A stretch of 64,000 bases of DNA from an uncultured Acidobacteriota bacterium (GCA_963836435.1 CAWIJI010000007.1:109052-173051), one strand, 5' to 3'; positions 9,047 to 18,669 are shown, counted from the first letter of the stretch. Numbers and translations are program-made. The notes: generated by a model not told the origin, from the sequence alone.

Positions 9047-10669
9047 CTATCTGTAGATTCTGACCCGTTCCCGGAAGGGGTGCCGAAGGAACTCGAAGCC
9101 AAAGGTCATCAGGCCCAGGAAGTTCTTTCGATCCATAGCCGTGATCTGCTTGAGCACCATAAGGAAGACAACATAGACAGGAGCGAAAACGATGAAATCG
9201 AGAGCCAGCTTCGCCGGAATCAGATACCGGACCTGCCTCAGGGAATCCACCACAGGCAGCAGGTGATGAAGCCCGGAGGCCGCACAAATGGCAGCAAGAC
9301 CTGAAACGACCGGCCGGGCGTGGATGTCTCGGAACATCTCTTCGGCCGGAGTTCCCAGGTATTTGCGATGGAACATGACGAGTAAATAGACCGCCGAGAT
9401 GAGGAGCGCAGCGGCCGTTCCGGCAGCCGCGCCGGGAGCTCCGAACCGCTGTACCAGCGCGACTCCCAGGATGGGACTGAGCACGATGAGCAGGATGGTA
9501 CTTTGCATGTCGAATTCCGGCCTGCCAACTCCAGCTCCAATCTGGCTTGCCGCGCCGCCAAGAACGTTGGCGCCATACCCGATCGCCAGAATCTGCAGAA
9601 TCATCACCGACCGGACATCGAACCGGTCGCCAAGCCACAATCGAAAGATAGAATCCGCTTCCAGGACTATGAAACCCACCAGACCGATCGTGATCAGCGC
9701 CACATATTTCGAGGTCATCGCATAGGTTCGAAGGATTTTCGTCTTCTCGTTGCGCATGCCGAGTTCCGATGCGGCAGGGATAATCGCCGACATCATCAGG
9801 AGCGGAACGGCTCGCATCAGGGTGGCCATTCTGGCGCTCACTTCGTAGAACTTTACTGACGCTACTCCCAGAAACTTTGCTGCAATCAGCTTGTCCAATT
9901 GAAAGCACGTCAGGCCGCCAACCCGACTCACCAGGATCTGCGTTCCATAAGTGAACATCTCTTTCAGCAGCTTCCCGTCGAAGTAGAATCCCAGCGAAAT
10001 TGCCGGAATGGCGCGTCGAACGGAATACCAGGAAATCACAACATACATCACAGAATTGGCTATGGCGTTCAGCGCAAGCCCCTGGAGTCCAAGATGCGCA
10101 GGGAGGACGATAACCGTGCCGACAATGTTGATAATACTCAGTGCCATGTCGATGGCGTTGGCCTTATCCATCCGCTGAACCCCGCGGAAAACCGACGAAA
10201 ACATCATGCCGAAATTTCCGACCGCGCAGGCGATCAGCACGTAGACGTAGGTGTTCGACAAACCGCTGATCGCGGACAAATGAAGTACAGAAAAGGCCAG
10301 CGGGCGAATGGCCAGCCCCACCGCAAGAAAAAGCACACCGTGGAGGACGTAGAAGATGAATCCCGAGAAGAGAACCTTGTTGATTTTCTGATAGTCCCCG
10401 CAGGTGTAATACGCGGAAATAAACTTCACGAACGATGAACCAAGGCCCAGATCGAGCAGCCCCGTCACGTTCAGGAGAATGCTCAGAATCGCCCATACGC
10501 CGAATTCGCTGTCGCTCAGATAATGGAGCATGAAGGGAGTCAGCAGGATTGTCGCCGCAAAACTCCAGAATCGTCCGAGGAAATTGAAGAAGGTGTTGGC
10601 GACAAGCTTTTGGGAGAAGTCGCCCAGCAGAGTTATTGGTTCGTCGTTTTTGCCAGACGGCTCAGTCAT
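9047..10669 (-). CDS. Wzx-like polysaccharide flippase (MOP superfamily)
   Basis: Many TM helices; LVANTFFNFLGR, EFGVWAIL, LLDLGLG, QLDKLIAAKFLG, LRTY. Likely start MTEPSG at 10669. Confidence 0.85.
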   Translation of the reverse strand: MTEPSGKNDEPITLLGDFSQKLVANTFFNFLGRFWSFAATILLTPFMLHYLSDSEFGVWAILSILLNVTGLLDLGLGSSFVKFISAYYTCGDYQKINKVLFSGFIFYVLHGVLFLAVGLAIRPLAFSVLHLSAISGLSNTYVYVLIACAVGNFGMMFSSVFRGVQRMDKANAIDMALSIINIVGTVIVLPAHLGLQGLALNAIANSVMYVVISWYSVRRAIPAISLGFYFDGKLLKEMFTYGTQILVSRVGGLTCFQLDKLIAAKFLGVASVKFYEVSARMATLMRAVPLLMMSAIIPAASELGMRNEKTKILRTYAMTSKYVALITIGLVGFIVLEADSIFRLWLGDRFDVRSVMILQILAIGYGANVLGGAASQIGAGVGRPEFDMQSTILLIVLSPILGVALVQRFGAPGAAAGTAAALLISAVYLLVMFHRKYLGTPAEEMFRDIHARPVVSGLAAICAASGLHHLLPVVDSLRQVRYLIPAKLALDFIVFAPVYVVFLMVLKQITAMDRKNFLGLMTFGFEFLRHPFRERVRIYR

Positions 10670-11684
10670 GACGTTCAATGGCGAGATTCGGAATCCTCTG
10701 GCCCCCTGACTGCGGGACAGGGTTGGCAGTGTGTCCGTTCTCCACCGATCGAACGTATTCACGGTAGCCAAGGAAGAAGTGGTAGCGAATTGCCCAGTAA
10801 TAGTGCTGATCGAGAGCGGCGCCAACCTTCCCTGTTCCGCGACGCTCTTCCCACTCCGTTAATCCCTTATAGAAGGGGTTGGATGCAGTCATCAGCATTC
10901 GATAAAAGACATGAAAGCGTTTCAGCACACCCATGCGCTTGCCGTTTTCCGTAAACCGCTTCCGCAGCTCCGGGTGCAACTCAATCATCTTGCCAAGCGA
11001 GTATCCCGCCTGCTGGCATCGCTCAATGAACTGCTCGCAGGTCGGAAAATACTTGTGCCGGCCCTTCGCCGCAACCCCGGGAACCATCCGACACCCGCTT
11101 TTTTCCAGCCTGTAGCCAAGTTCGATGTCTTCCATGCCGTAGACAAAGAATTCCTCGTTGAAGCCGTCGACTTCCCAGAGCTGCTTGCGGCTGGTTGACA
11201 CGTTGCCCGTATGGTAGTAGGAAAAATCCATCGGTTGGCCGCAGGCGATGCTATACGGATTGAAGATTCCCCTGTCGCGAAGGTAACGAAGAAACGGATC
11301 GGTGGAATCCTGCCATGACGACATCACGGTTCCAATAATCGACGCGTCAGGATTCTCGTCGTGGTATTGGATGTGCCTCTCCACGAGGTCCGGCTCGGCC
11401 AGAATGTCGTCGTCGATGAAGAGCACGATTTCGCCGGAAGCCTGGCGAATGCCGACGTTGCGTGTGGCTGCCGCCCCAGGCTTAGCCTGGACGAAACCCT
11501 TGAAATTTGGGTAAACAGCCGCTTTTTGGGCCAGCACGGCCGGAGTGCTGTCTGAGGAGTTATTATCGACGATAAGAACTTCGTAGACGTCCCGACCAAC
11601 TGTTTGATTCTCAATCAGATCGATCGTTGTCGCCAGCATGTCTGCGCGATTCAACGTCGGAATGACCACACTAACTCTATACAC
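10662..11684 (-). CDS. Glycosyltransferase family 2
   Basis: VSVVIPTLNR, VDNNSSD, LFIDDD, GFNEEF..YGMEDIELGYRL. Confidence 0.93.
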   Translation of the reverse strand: MYRVSVVIPTLNRADMLATTIDLIENQTVGRDVYEVLIVDNNSSDSTPAVLAQKAAVYPNFKGFVQAKPGAAATRNVGIRQASGEIVLFIDDDILAEPDLVERHIQYHDENPDASIIGTVMSSWQDSTDPFLRYLRDRGIFNPYSIACGQPMDFSYYHTGNVSTSRKQLWEVDGFNEEFFVYGMEDIELGYRLEKSGCRMVPGVAAKGRHKYFPTCEQFIERCQQAGYSLGKMIELHPELRKRFTENGKRMGVLKRFHVFYRMLMTASNPFYKGLTEWEERRGTGKVGAALDQHYYWAIRYHFFLGYREYVRSVENGHTANPVPQSGGQRIPNLAIERHD

Positions 11685-11703
11685 TTATTATCCTTAGTGC
11701 GAC

Positions 11704-12789
11704 TTATTGAGACAGTGACGTTTCCTGCAGACGGACCCAGGGATGATCATGGCCGCATCTGACCTCAGCGTGAAGCAAGTACGGAATATAACGAATGTGC
11801 TCCACCAAAGCAATTGCGAACAAAGCCTTACTCCGTAACGAGTAAGCGCTCGTAAGTAACCGGTGCCGAAGGAAATTCCAGAATAACTTCCGATCTTTTC
11901 TTCCGCCGAACCGGTAATACAGAAAGAGAGAATTCCTAAAACTAAAGTAATTTTCTTGGGTCCGCCGCTTTCCCGGGACCACGTCCTGCGTGAAGTGCTG
12001 GACCACCGCAGCGGGCTCGTAGACGCACTTCCAGCCCAGCAACCATAACTTCCAACTGAGATCGACGTCTTCGCAATACATGAAGAAAAGACGCTCATCA
12101 AACCCCCCCACCTCCTCAAAAGCCTTCCGGCGAATCAAGGCGGCCGCCCCCGAACACCAGGTGGTCTCCCCGGTCGACCGATCCCAGGCTTTGGGATGCT
12201 CCCGTGGCGTCTGCCGCGCATCGCAGATTCCGATTCGATCGTCCGACTGCGCACGAGCCAGCAAGTTTTCCAGACAACCGGGTTCCAATTCGGTGTCGGG
12301 ATTCAGAAGGAACATGAACCTGGCCTGGCTCTGATTCGCCAACAGATTCATGCCCCGGGCAAAACCGTTGTTGCGCAGAGATCGAAGGACGTGCACGGGA
12401 AAAGGCAAAGTCCCGGCCGCGGCAGCCAGCAGATCCGGAGTTCCGTCGCTGGACCCGTTGTCAATGAAATAGCCGTTGATGGGAATGGAAATTCGTTGGA
12501 GGCTTTCAAGCAACCCGGGAATCCAGCGTCGGCTATTGTGCACAACGACCAGCAGATCTACCTCTGGTTGATGGCTGCGCCCTGCCGGGCTTGCATTCGC
12601 TCCGGGCATCTCTTGTTGGCTGCGCCCTGCCGGGCTTGCATTCGCTCCGGGCATGCCTTGTTGGCTGCGCCCTGCCGGGCTTGCATTCGCTCCGGGCATC
12701 TCTTGTTGGCTGCGCCCTGCCGGGCTTGCATTCGCTCCGGGCATCTCTTGTTGGCTGCGCCCTGCCGGGCTTGCATTCGCTCCGCTCAT
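11704..12789 (-). CDS. Glycosyltransferase family 2 (WbbL-like putative rhamnosyltransferase) with an N-terminal repeat-derived extension
   Basis: VVVHNS, IDNGSSDG, NNGFARGMN, LLNPDT, SGAA, GGFDERLFFMYCEDVDLSW. The first ~73 aa are about five copies of MPGANASPAGRSQQE. Confidence 0.88.
   Translation of the reverse strand: MSGANASPAGRSQQEMPGANASPAGRSQQEMPGANASPAGRSQQGMPGANASPAGRSQQEMPGANASPAGRSHQPEVDLLVVVHNSRRWIPGLLESLQRISIPINGYFIDNGSSDGTPDLLAAAAGTLPFPVHVLRSLRNNGFARGMNLLANQSQARFMFLLNPDTELEPGCLENLLARAQSDDRIGICDARQTPREHPKAWDRSTGETTWCSGAAALIRRKAFEEVGGFDERLFFMYCEDVDLSWKLWLLGWKCVYEPAAVVQHFTQDVVPGKRRTQENYFSFRNSLFLYYRFGGRKDRKLFWNFLRHRLLTSAYSLRSKALFAIALVEHIRYIPYLLHAEVRCGHDHPWVRLQETSLSQ
12568..12789 (-). 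repeat. Tandem array of ~5 x 45-bp REP-like units inside a CDS
   Basis: Unit GGAGCGAATGCAAGCCCGGCAGGGCGCAGCCAACAAGAGATGCCC, nearly identical copies, internal GCCC-N4-GGGC hairpin. Confidence 0.95.
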
Positions 12790-12884
12790 CTGTTGACCGC
12801 TTCGCTCATGGATTTACGCGACCGCCCTCCAGATAGGCTGTGCTCGCCAGTAGGAGCACGAAACGCCACACGAACGTCACCGCC

Positions 12885-14045
12885 TTAATGGGAAACAGCA
12901 GCTTCCGCAACAACATCCAGAAGTTCTCCGCCAATCCGGTCCCACGTAAACCGTTTCAGGATCATTTGCCGTGCATTTCGCCCGATACGTCGCCTCAGCT
13001 CAGGATCGGAAATCAAACGCCGTAGGACGCGTTCGTATTCAGCCGGCGTCTCAGCCAGGAATGCCTCCTGACCGCTCTGAATCGGAAAACCCATCGCGCC
13101 GATCTTCGTCGTCACGACGGGACATGCCATCGAAAACGCCTCAAGAAGCTTCACTCTCTGTCCACTCCCCGAAAACAGTGGCGCCAGGACAATGGTCTGC
13201 GACGACCGGTATAACGACCGGGTATCCGGGACGTAACCGGGATACTCGACATTCGGTCTACTGCCCAGACCCTGCGGCTCCGGCGCTCCCGCGATGACAA
13301 ACCGCACGCCCGCAAACCTCGGGGCAACGTGCTTCACCAGAAACTCTGCCGCTTCCACATTCGGCTGGTGTCGAAAGTTCCCCACGAAGAGAACCGAAAC
13401 AGCCATCGCCGCGTCTTCGCTAAACGCGTCCGGCGCGAACTCCTCGGAGTCAATACCGATGGGAACGGCTCTAACCGTCGCCTCCGGAGCGTAGGATTTG
13501 AAGTACTCCGCATCGTCTTTTGTCATTGTGACAATGCGATTGAACTTCCTAAGTTGTCCTATTTCGTAACGAAGGATCTGCATCCACCGGTAAAAAAGCC
13601 GGAGCTTTTCAGCCGGATCGGTCTCCCCTTCAAATGCCTCATGAGCATTTTTTGACTGCGCTTCGTGCGCAGTAAGTACAGAAAAAACACAGTCACGCCG
13701 AAACTGTGCCATTTGCAAGTACTCACACTGCAGAACATCAATTTTTCCAGCACGCAGCGTGCCATCCACTGCCCGATGCATTTCAGGTGTGCTGAATTCG
13801 CGAACTATGAAAGGAGTCAGGGACAACCAGTGCGGACGGAAGTCGGGAATTCGTCTAATCCCGCGGAGCGATTCACAAAATGGGCGGACCGAAGCAAGCA
13901 TGTCCTGCTCTTCGTCGCTTCCTACAAATGACAGCACGTGGACCCGATGTTTCTCCGACAGAATCCGGATGTTGTGGAACATCCGCACGCCACCTCCGTG
14001 ACGATTCAACACCGGAGGGTAAGCGGTCACCATGAGGACGTTCAT
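12885..14045 (-). CDS. Glycosyltransferase family 4
   Basis: MNVLMVTAYPP...HGGGVR; LFVGNFRHQPNVEA; GSGQRVKLLEAFSMACPVVTT. Start at 14045 overlaps the upstream stop. Confidence 0.92.
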   Translation of the reverse strand: MNVLMVTAYPPVLNRHGGGVRMFHNIRILSEKHRVHVLSFVGSDEEQDMLASVRPFCESLRGIRRIPDFRPHWLSLTPFIVREFSTPEMHRAVDGTLRAGKIDVLQCEYLQMAQFRRDCVFSVLTAHEAQSKNAHEAFEGETDPAEKLRLFYRWMQILRYEIGQLRKFNRIVTMTKDDAEYFKSYAPEATVRAVPIGIDSEEFAPDAFSEDAAMAVSVLFVGNFRHQPNVEAAEFLVKHVAPRFAGVRFVIAGAPEPQGLGSRPNVEYPGYVPDTRSLYRSSQTIVLAPLFSGSGQRVKLLEAFSMACPVVTTKIGAMGFPIQSGQEAFLAETPAEYERVLRRLISDPELRRRIGRNARQMILKRFTWDRIGGELLDVVAEAAVSH

Positions 14046-15127
14046 CGCGTCAAATCTATGACGTCCCGGTCGCCGAGAACATGCGATCCCATATTTGCTA
14101 GGCGGCGGTGGATCGCCAGCGGCAGCCGCAAACACGCGCGAAGATAAGCGCGCAATTCGAACGCCGCGCCATACTGCGTGATTGCCCGACCATGAATTGC
14201 GGGAAGCCTCACCAGGTGCTCGACCAACATTCGAAAGTCCGTCAGGTTCTTCCACACGAAGAGGTAGTGATTCCGGCGCGTGGTGTTGTTCACGAACAAC
14301 TCGCCGAATCGTGGCCCGCTTGTAGCGCGATGTTTGTGCATCACGCGGCTGCCGGGAGCAAACAGAGAGTGCCACCCACGCTTCCACGCCTGATACGACA
14401 GATCGGTGTCCTCCACATAGAAAGGGTGATACAGCGAATCGAACCCGCCGAGGGCCCTGAACTTCCGGCAGTCAATCGCGCAGGCTCCGCCACCCGCCCA
14501 GAAAACGGGAAGCGCAGCGCGCCCCTCATCTTGCAAGGTTACCGGATCATGCCAAAGGTAAAACAGACCGCTCTCGAAGCGAGCCCTGGTCTTGCCAGTT
14601 TCCTGTTTGGATTTCGCGGGATCGGGGACTGTAATCTGCGACGCCACCGCAAAGACCTGGGGGTCGACAAACGGAAGGAGGAGAGGTTTCAAAAACTCGG
14701 GATCAACAGACATGTCGTTGTTCAGAAGAACGACAAGGTCCGTCTGCACCTGCGCTATGCCTCGATTATTCCCAACCGAAAAGCCGTAGTTCCGATCGAG
14801 TTCCAGCACGCGAACCTGCGGGAACCGGCTTTTCAGGAACTCGACGCTTCCGTCGGTGCTTCCGTTGTCTACCACCAGAATCTGGTGTCCCTTTGACGCT
14901 GTCAGCACGCTGGGAAGAAATTCCTCCAGCAAGTGTTTGCCGTCCCAGTTGAGAATCTGAATCGTCACAGATTCGGCGTTTGGCTGCCGAACCGGAATAG
15001 AACTTCGTCGGAGCAGCGACAGCGGAAGGGATGCCGCTTGTGCGATCAAAAGCAGAACTGACACAACGGCGTCGGCAGGCAGGAGACAGGCCACGAAAAC
15101 GAACACGCGGATTCTTTGAACGGTCAT
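14042..15127 (-). CDS. Glycosyltransferase family 2
   Basis: ILNWDG, VVDNGSTDGS, NYGFSVGNN, LLNND, GGFDSLYHPFYVEDTDLSY. Confidence 0.92.
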   Translation of the reverse strand: MTVQRIRVFVFVACLLPADAVVSVLLLIAQAASLPLSLLRRSSIPVRQPNAESVTIQILNWDGKHLLEEFLPSVLTASKGHQILVVDNGSTDGSVEFLKSRFPQVRVLELDRNYGFSVGNNRGIAQVQTDLVVLLNNDMSVDPEFLKPLLLPFVDPQVFAVASQITVPDPAKSKQETGKTRARFESGLFYLWHDPVTLQDEGRAALPVFWAGGGACAIDCRKFRALGGFDSLYHPFYVEDTDLSYQAWKRGWHSLFAPGSRVMHKHRATSGPRFGELFVNNTTRRNHYLFVWKNLTDFRMLVEHLVRLPAIHGRAITQYGAAFELRAYLRACLRLPLAIHRRLANMGSHVLGDRDVIDLTR

Positions 15128-15206
15128 CTTGTTTGTTGGCTTCGCGCTATCCCTTACGGCTTCGCGCTTTCGCGCTCACGCTCCGCGCGGGCTCGCCTTC
15201 GCTTCG
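15125..15206 (-). repeat. Expanded variant of the 45-bp REP-like element
   Basis: Minus strand GAAGCGAAGGCGAGCCCG...GCGAAGCCAACAAACAAGATG. Ends match the 45-bp unit; the middle matches 18580-18630. Confidence 0.6.
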
Positions 15207-16042
15207 AGATATTCGGCCAGGGCCTGGCGCCAGTGAAGCATCTGATTCAATCCCAAATCTTTCAACCGCTTGTTCTCAAGCACGGAATACCGTGGGCGCA
15301 GCGCCGGAGACTTATAGAGAAGAGAAGTCGTCGGCTGGAGGTCTGCCCGGATGCCGGCGAGATCGAAAATCGCAGACGCAAACTCATACCAGGAGCAGGA
15401 CCCTTCATTTGTGATGTGGAACAATCCGTAATGGGATGTCGGAAGCAAGACTACCATCTGCCGAGCCAGATCGAGGGTCGAAGTCGGTGTCAGCGTCTGA
15501 TCGTTGACCACCTGGATCGGGTCGCCATTCCGAGCCTTCTTCAGCATCGTTTCGACAAAGTTCCCGCCCTTGCCCTGCGAGCCTGCGTGTCCATAGAGTC
15601 CGCAGCTCCGGATGACAAAGTGCCTCCGGGCCGTGCTTCTGACGAGGTATTCCCCGGCCAGCTTGGAATTTCCATAGACGCTCAACGGGCGCGGTTCGCT
15701 GGATTCAACGTACGGCGTCGACCTCGACCCATCGAACACGTAATCCGTACTGACGTGCGCGAGGGGCACGTCAAGATCGTTGGCGATACGAACGAGATTC
15801 AAGACAGCCAGGGTATTCGCGCCATAAGCCAGCTCGGGGAGGGACTCGCAATCATCCACGCGATGATACGCCGTGAGATTCACGATCGTTTCTGGCCGCG
15901 ACTCGGTCAAGACCGACCGGGCCCTTGCATGATCTGTAACGTCGAAATCCATGCGAGTCAATGCAATGATTTCATGGCCTGACAGCGCTGTGGTCAGGTC
16001 GCTTCCGAGTTGTCCGTTGGAGCCGAGTATTGCGATCCGCAT
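15176..16042 (-). CDS. rmlD: dTDP-4-dehydrorhamnose reductase
   Basis: MRIAILGSNGQLG, HVSTDYVFDG, PLSVYGNSKLAGE, VVNDQTLTPT, PALRPRYSVL. Confidence 0.95.
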   Translation of the reverse strand: MRIAILGSNGQLGSDLTTALSGHEIIALTRMDFDVTDHARARSVLTESRPETIVNLTAYHRVDDCESLPELAYGANTLAVLNLVRIANDLDVPLAHVSTDYVFDGSRSTPYVESSEPRPLSVYGNSKLAGEYLVRSTARRHFVIRSCGLYGHAGSQGKGGNFVETMLKKARNGDPIQVVNDQTLTPTSTLDLARQMVVLLPTSHYGLFHITNEGSCSWYEFASAIFDLAGIRADLQPTTSLLYKSPALRPRYSVLENKRLKDLGLNQMLHWRQALAEYLEAKASPRGA

Positions 16043-16099
16043 GACAAGCGTGAAGTTAGTGTATCCTGAAACGCTTAACTTCATGAATGGAGGCATCTG

Positions 16100-16681
16100 A
16101 TGGCAGCGTTTGTTTCTCAACCCGCCCCTGAATTCAAAGCCGATGCTTATGTGAACGGTGAGTTCAAAGAAATCTCTTTGAACCAGTACAGGGGCAAAAA
16201 AGTAGTCTTGTTCTTCTATCCTCTCGATTTTACTTTTGTTTGCCCGACAGAGATCCTGGCCTTCGCAGACAGCATGGAGGAATTCAAGAAACGGAATACC
16301 GAGGTCCTCGGAGTGTCCGTCGACTCCAAATTTACTCACCATGCCTGGGCGAACACCGCGCGGGAAGATGGCGGGATCCAGGGCGTCAACTACCCTCTGC
16401 TGTCGGATCTGAACAAGCAGATCGCCAGGGACTATGGCGTTCTGATTGAAGGACCGGGAATCGCGCTACGCGGCCTGTTTATCATCAACAAAGACGGGGT
16501 GCTCAAACACGCGACGATCAATCATCTCGATCTCGGCCGCAATATCGATGAAGTCCTGCGACTGCTCGACGCAGTGGACTACACCGAACAACACGGTGAA
16601 GTCTGCCCCGCCAACTGGAAGAAGGGTGAAAAAGCGATGAAGCCTACGGCCGAAGGACTCAAGGAATACGCCAGAAAGTAA
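16100..16681 (+). CDS. ahpC: 2-Cys peroxiredoxin (AhpC/Prx1)
   Basis: FYPLDFTFVCPTEI and C-terminal GEVCPANW. Confidence 0.95.
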   Translation: MAAFVSQPAPEFKADAYVNGEFKEISLNQYRGKKVVLFFYPLDFTFVCPTEILAFADSMEEFKKRNTEVLGVSVDSKFTHHAWANTAREDGGIQGVNYPLLSDLNKQIARDYGVLIEGPGIALRGLFIINKDGVLKHATINHLDLGRNIDEVLRLLDAVDYTEQHGEVCPANWKKGEKAMKPTAEGLKEYARK

Positions 16682-16693
16682 GGAAGAGAGATG

Positions 16694-16807
16694 AGGGGAC
16701 GGATGGAATTCGGGGCCGTGCACCTCGAACCCCGAATTCAAATCCGCTAAGCTTGTGGAAGAATTCGGGGTTCGAGGTGCACGGCCCCGAATTGCTGTCC
16801 GTCCCCT
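16694..16807. repeat. REPIN-like double-hairpin element, copy 1 (between convergent genes; may act as a terminator)
   Basis: AATTCGGGGCCGTGCACCTCGAACCCCGAATTC at 16707-16739, its inverted copy at 16761-16793, and an outer AGGGGACGGA/TCCGTCCCCT stem. Confidence 0.9.
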
Positions 16808-16813
16808 GATCCC

Positions 16814-17077
16814 CTACAACAGCACCACACTCTTGCTCGTAATCTCGATCCGGCGGCGGCACTTCGAACAGCTGACGACATCGTCGAGACGAATCATGTA
16901 GTCGCGAGCTTTCTGGAACCTCACACGGTCTTCCGCACCCGCACCTCCCGGAAGCGCGGGTTTCTTTGTTCTGCGTATCCAGCGAATCGGATAATCCGCA
17001 ACCTGCTTGCACATCGGACAACTCAGCGACTGTGGTTGAGATTCCGTCTTCTCGGTAAAAAACTGCCGTTCGTCCAT
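16814..17077 (-). CDS. Small zinc-ribbon-like hypothetical protein
   Basis: CPMC...CSKC pair; starts 2 bp downstream of the fumC stop. Confidence 0.75.
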   Translation of the reverse strand: MDERQFFTEKTESQPQSLSCPMCKQVADYPIRWIRRTKKPALPGGAGAEDRVRFQKARDYMIRLDDVVSCSKCRRRIEITSKSVVLL

Positions 17078-17079
17078 CG

Positions 17080-18495
17080 TTACTCGCCTTTCGCAGCGAT
17101 CCCTGGCATCGTCATGCGCATGGGATCGAGAATCTCGTTCAAGCGCTCGGCAGTCAGGATGTTCTTTTCGAGAGCGATTTCCCGAACCGTCCTGCCGGTC
17201 TTGTAAGCCTCCTTCGCAATCGCCGCAGCATCATCGTAACCAATTTCGGGCGCAAGCGCCGTACACATTGCGAGACTCTTCTCAATCATCTCGTTGCAAC
17301 GTTCGGCGTTCGCGCGGATTCCCGAAATGCATCGATCTGCAAAGTTATTCGCAGAGGCCGCCAGCAGAAGGATCGATTGCAGGAGATTGTGCGTCATTAC
17401 GGGCATCATGACATTCAGCTCCAATACGCCGGCCTGCCCGCCGATCGTAATCGCCGCGTCGTTGCCGATAACCTGGGCGGCGACCATCAAGACGGACTCT
17501 GCAATCACAGGATTCACCTTGCCTGGCATGATCGACGAACCCGGCTGCACCTCCGGCAGGAGGATTTCGCCGATCCCGCAGCGGGGACCCGAACCCAACC
17601 ATCGAATATCGTTCGCGATTTTCGTCAGGCTGACCGCCAGTGTCTTCAGGGCACCGCTTGCTTCGACTATGGCGTCCTTTCCGCTCTGGGCCTCGAAGTG
17701 GTTTTTTGCTTCCCTGAATCGAATGCCGGAGATGCTCGAAAGATGTTCAATCGCGGAGGCTGGAAATCTCGGGTCCGTATTGATGCCCGTCCCTACGGCC
17801 GTCCCGCCCAGCGGCAATTCGCCGAGCGTCTCGCGCAGTTTCTCGAGCCTGCGAGCCGCCAACTGGATCTGCCGCGCATACCCGCCAAACTCCTGTCCCA
17901 ACCGCACGGGGGTGGCATCCTGCAGGTGCGTTCTGCCAATCTTCACAATGGAGTCGAATTCTTCCGCTTTGGCTGCGAGTGCAGATTGGAGGTTGTTCAA
18001 AGCAGGAAGCAATGACCGCTCGATGGTTTCCAGCGCCGAAACGTGCATTGCGGTGGGGATGACGTCGTTGCTCGATTGCCCCATATTGACGTGATCATTC
18101 GGGTGGACGGGACTTTTCGAGCCCACAACTCCGCCGAGCATCTGGATCGCCCGATTCGCGAGAACCTCGTTAGCGTTCATGTTCGTGGACGTTCCGGACC
18201 CGGTCTGGAAAATATCCACGACAAAATGCCGATCGAGTTTGCCTTCGATCACTTCCTGCGCTGCGGCACAGATCGCGTCGCCGACCTTCCGGTCCATCAG
18301 GCCCAGGTCCATATTGGCGCGCGCGGCAGCGAGCTTGATGAGACCGAGGGCCCGCACAAACTCTCGAGGAAACCGTAAGCTGCTGATCGGGAAATTCTCG
18401 ACAGCACGCTGGGTCTGAGCTCCATACATCGCGTCTGAAGGAACGCGCATCTCTCCCATGGAGTCTTTTTCGGTCCGGAAAGTTTCTTTCTTCAT
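17080..18495 (-). CDS. fumC: Class II fumarate hydratase
   Basis: QTGSGTSTNMNANEV, HPNDHVNMGQSSND, GRTHLQDA, GSSIMPGKVNP. Confidence 0.95.
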   Translation of the reverse strand: MKKETFRTEKDSMGEMRVPSDAMYGAQTQRAVENFPISSLRFPREFVRALGLIKLAAARANMDLGLMDRKVGDAICAAAQEVIEGKLDRHFVVDIFQTGSGTSTNMNANEVLANRAIQMLGGVVGSKSPVHPNDHVNMGQSSNDVIPTAMHVSALETIERSLLPALNNLQSALAAKAEEFDSIVKIGRTHLQDATPVRLGQEFGGYARQIQLAARRLEKLRETLGELPLGGTAVGTGINTDPRFPASAIEHLSSISGIRFREAKNHFEAQSGKDAIVEASGALKTLAVSLTKIANDIRWLGSGPRCGIGEILLPEVQPGSSIMPGKVNPVIAESVLMVAAQVIGNDAAITIGGQAGVLELNVMMPVMTHNLLQSILLLAASANNFADRCISGIRANAERCNEMIEKSLAMCTALAPEIGYDDAAAIAKEAYKTGRTVREIALEKNILTAERLNEILDPMRMTMPGIAAKGE

Positions 18496-18577
18496 GGTCT
18501 GGCCAATCTGCTAACTGTCCACGATTTTCACATGTCTAACCCAGCGAACTGTGGATAATTATACCGGTCCGGCGGCC

Positions 18578-18650
18578 GCAAGCCCGACCGAGCCCGCGCG
18601 AAGCATCAGCACGACAGCGCGAAACCTCAGGCGCAGAGCGCCGCGATCAA
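18578..18650 (+). repeat. Degenerate copy of the GCAAGCCCG REP-like family
   Basis: GCAAGCCCGACCGAGCCCGCGCGAAGCATCAGCACGACAGCGCGAAACC resembles the reverse complement of 15150-15200. Confidence 0.5.
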
Positions 18651-18669
18651 GACAAAGAAAGGGACACTG

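Noticed and set aside
12568-12789. Possible CRISPR array
   Set aside because: Units are head-to-tail with no unique spacers, the period is a multiple of 3 inside a CDS, and no cas genes are present.
15176-16342. Long N-terminal extension of rmlD overlapping ahpC (and similar extensions of GT4, flippase, iorB, purE, tolC in the ORF track)
   Set aside because: Family motifs start at downstream ATGs, and the extensions overlap other real genes or intergenic DNA.
18550-18558. Perfect DnaA box (TGTGGATAA)
   Set aside because: A single box with no cluster, no AT-rich unwinding element and no dnaA/dnaN nearby; not an origin.
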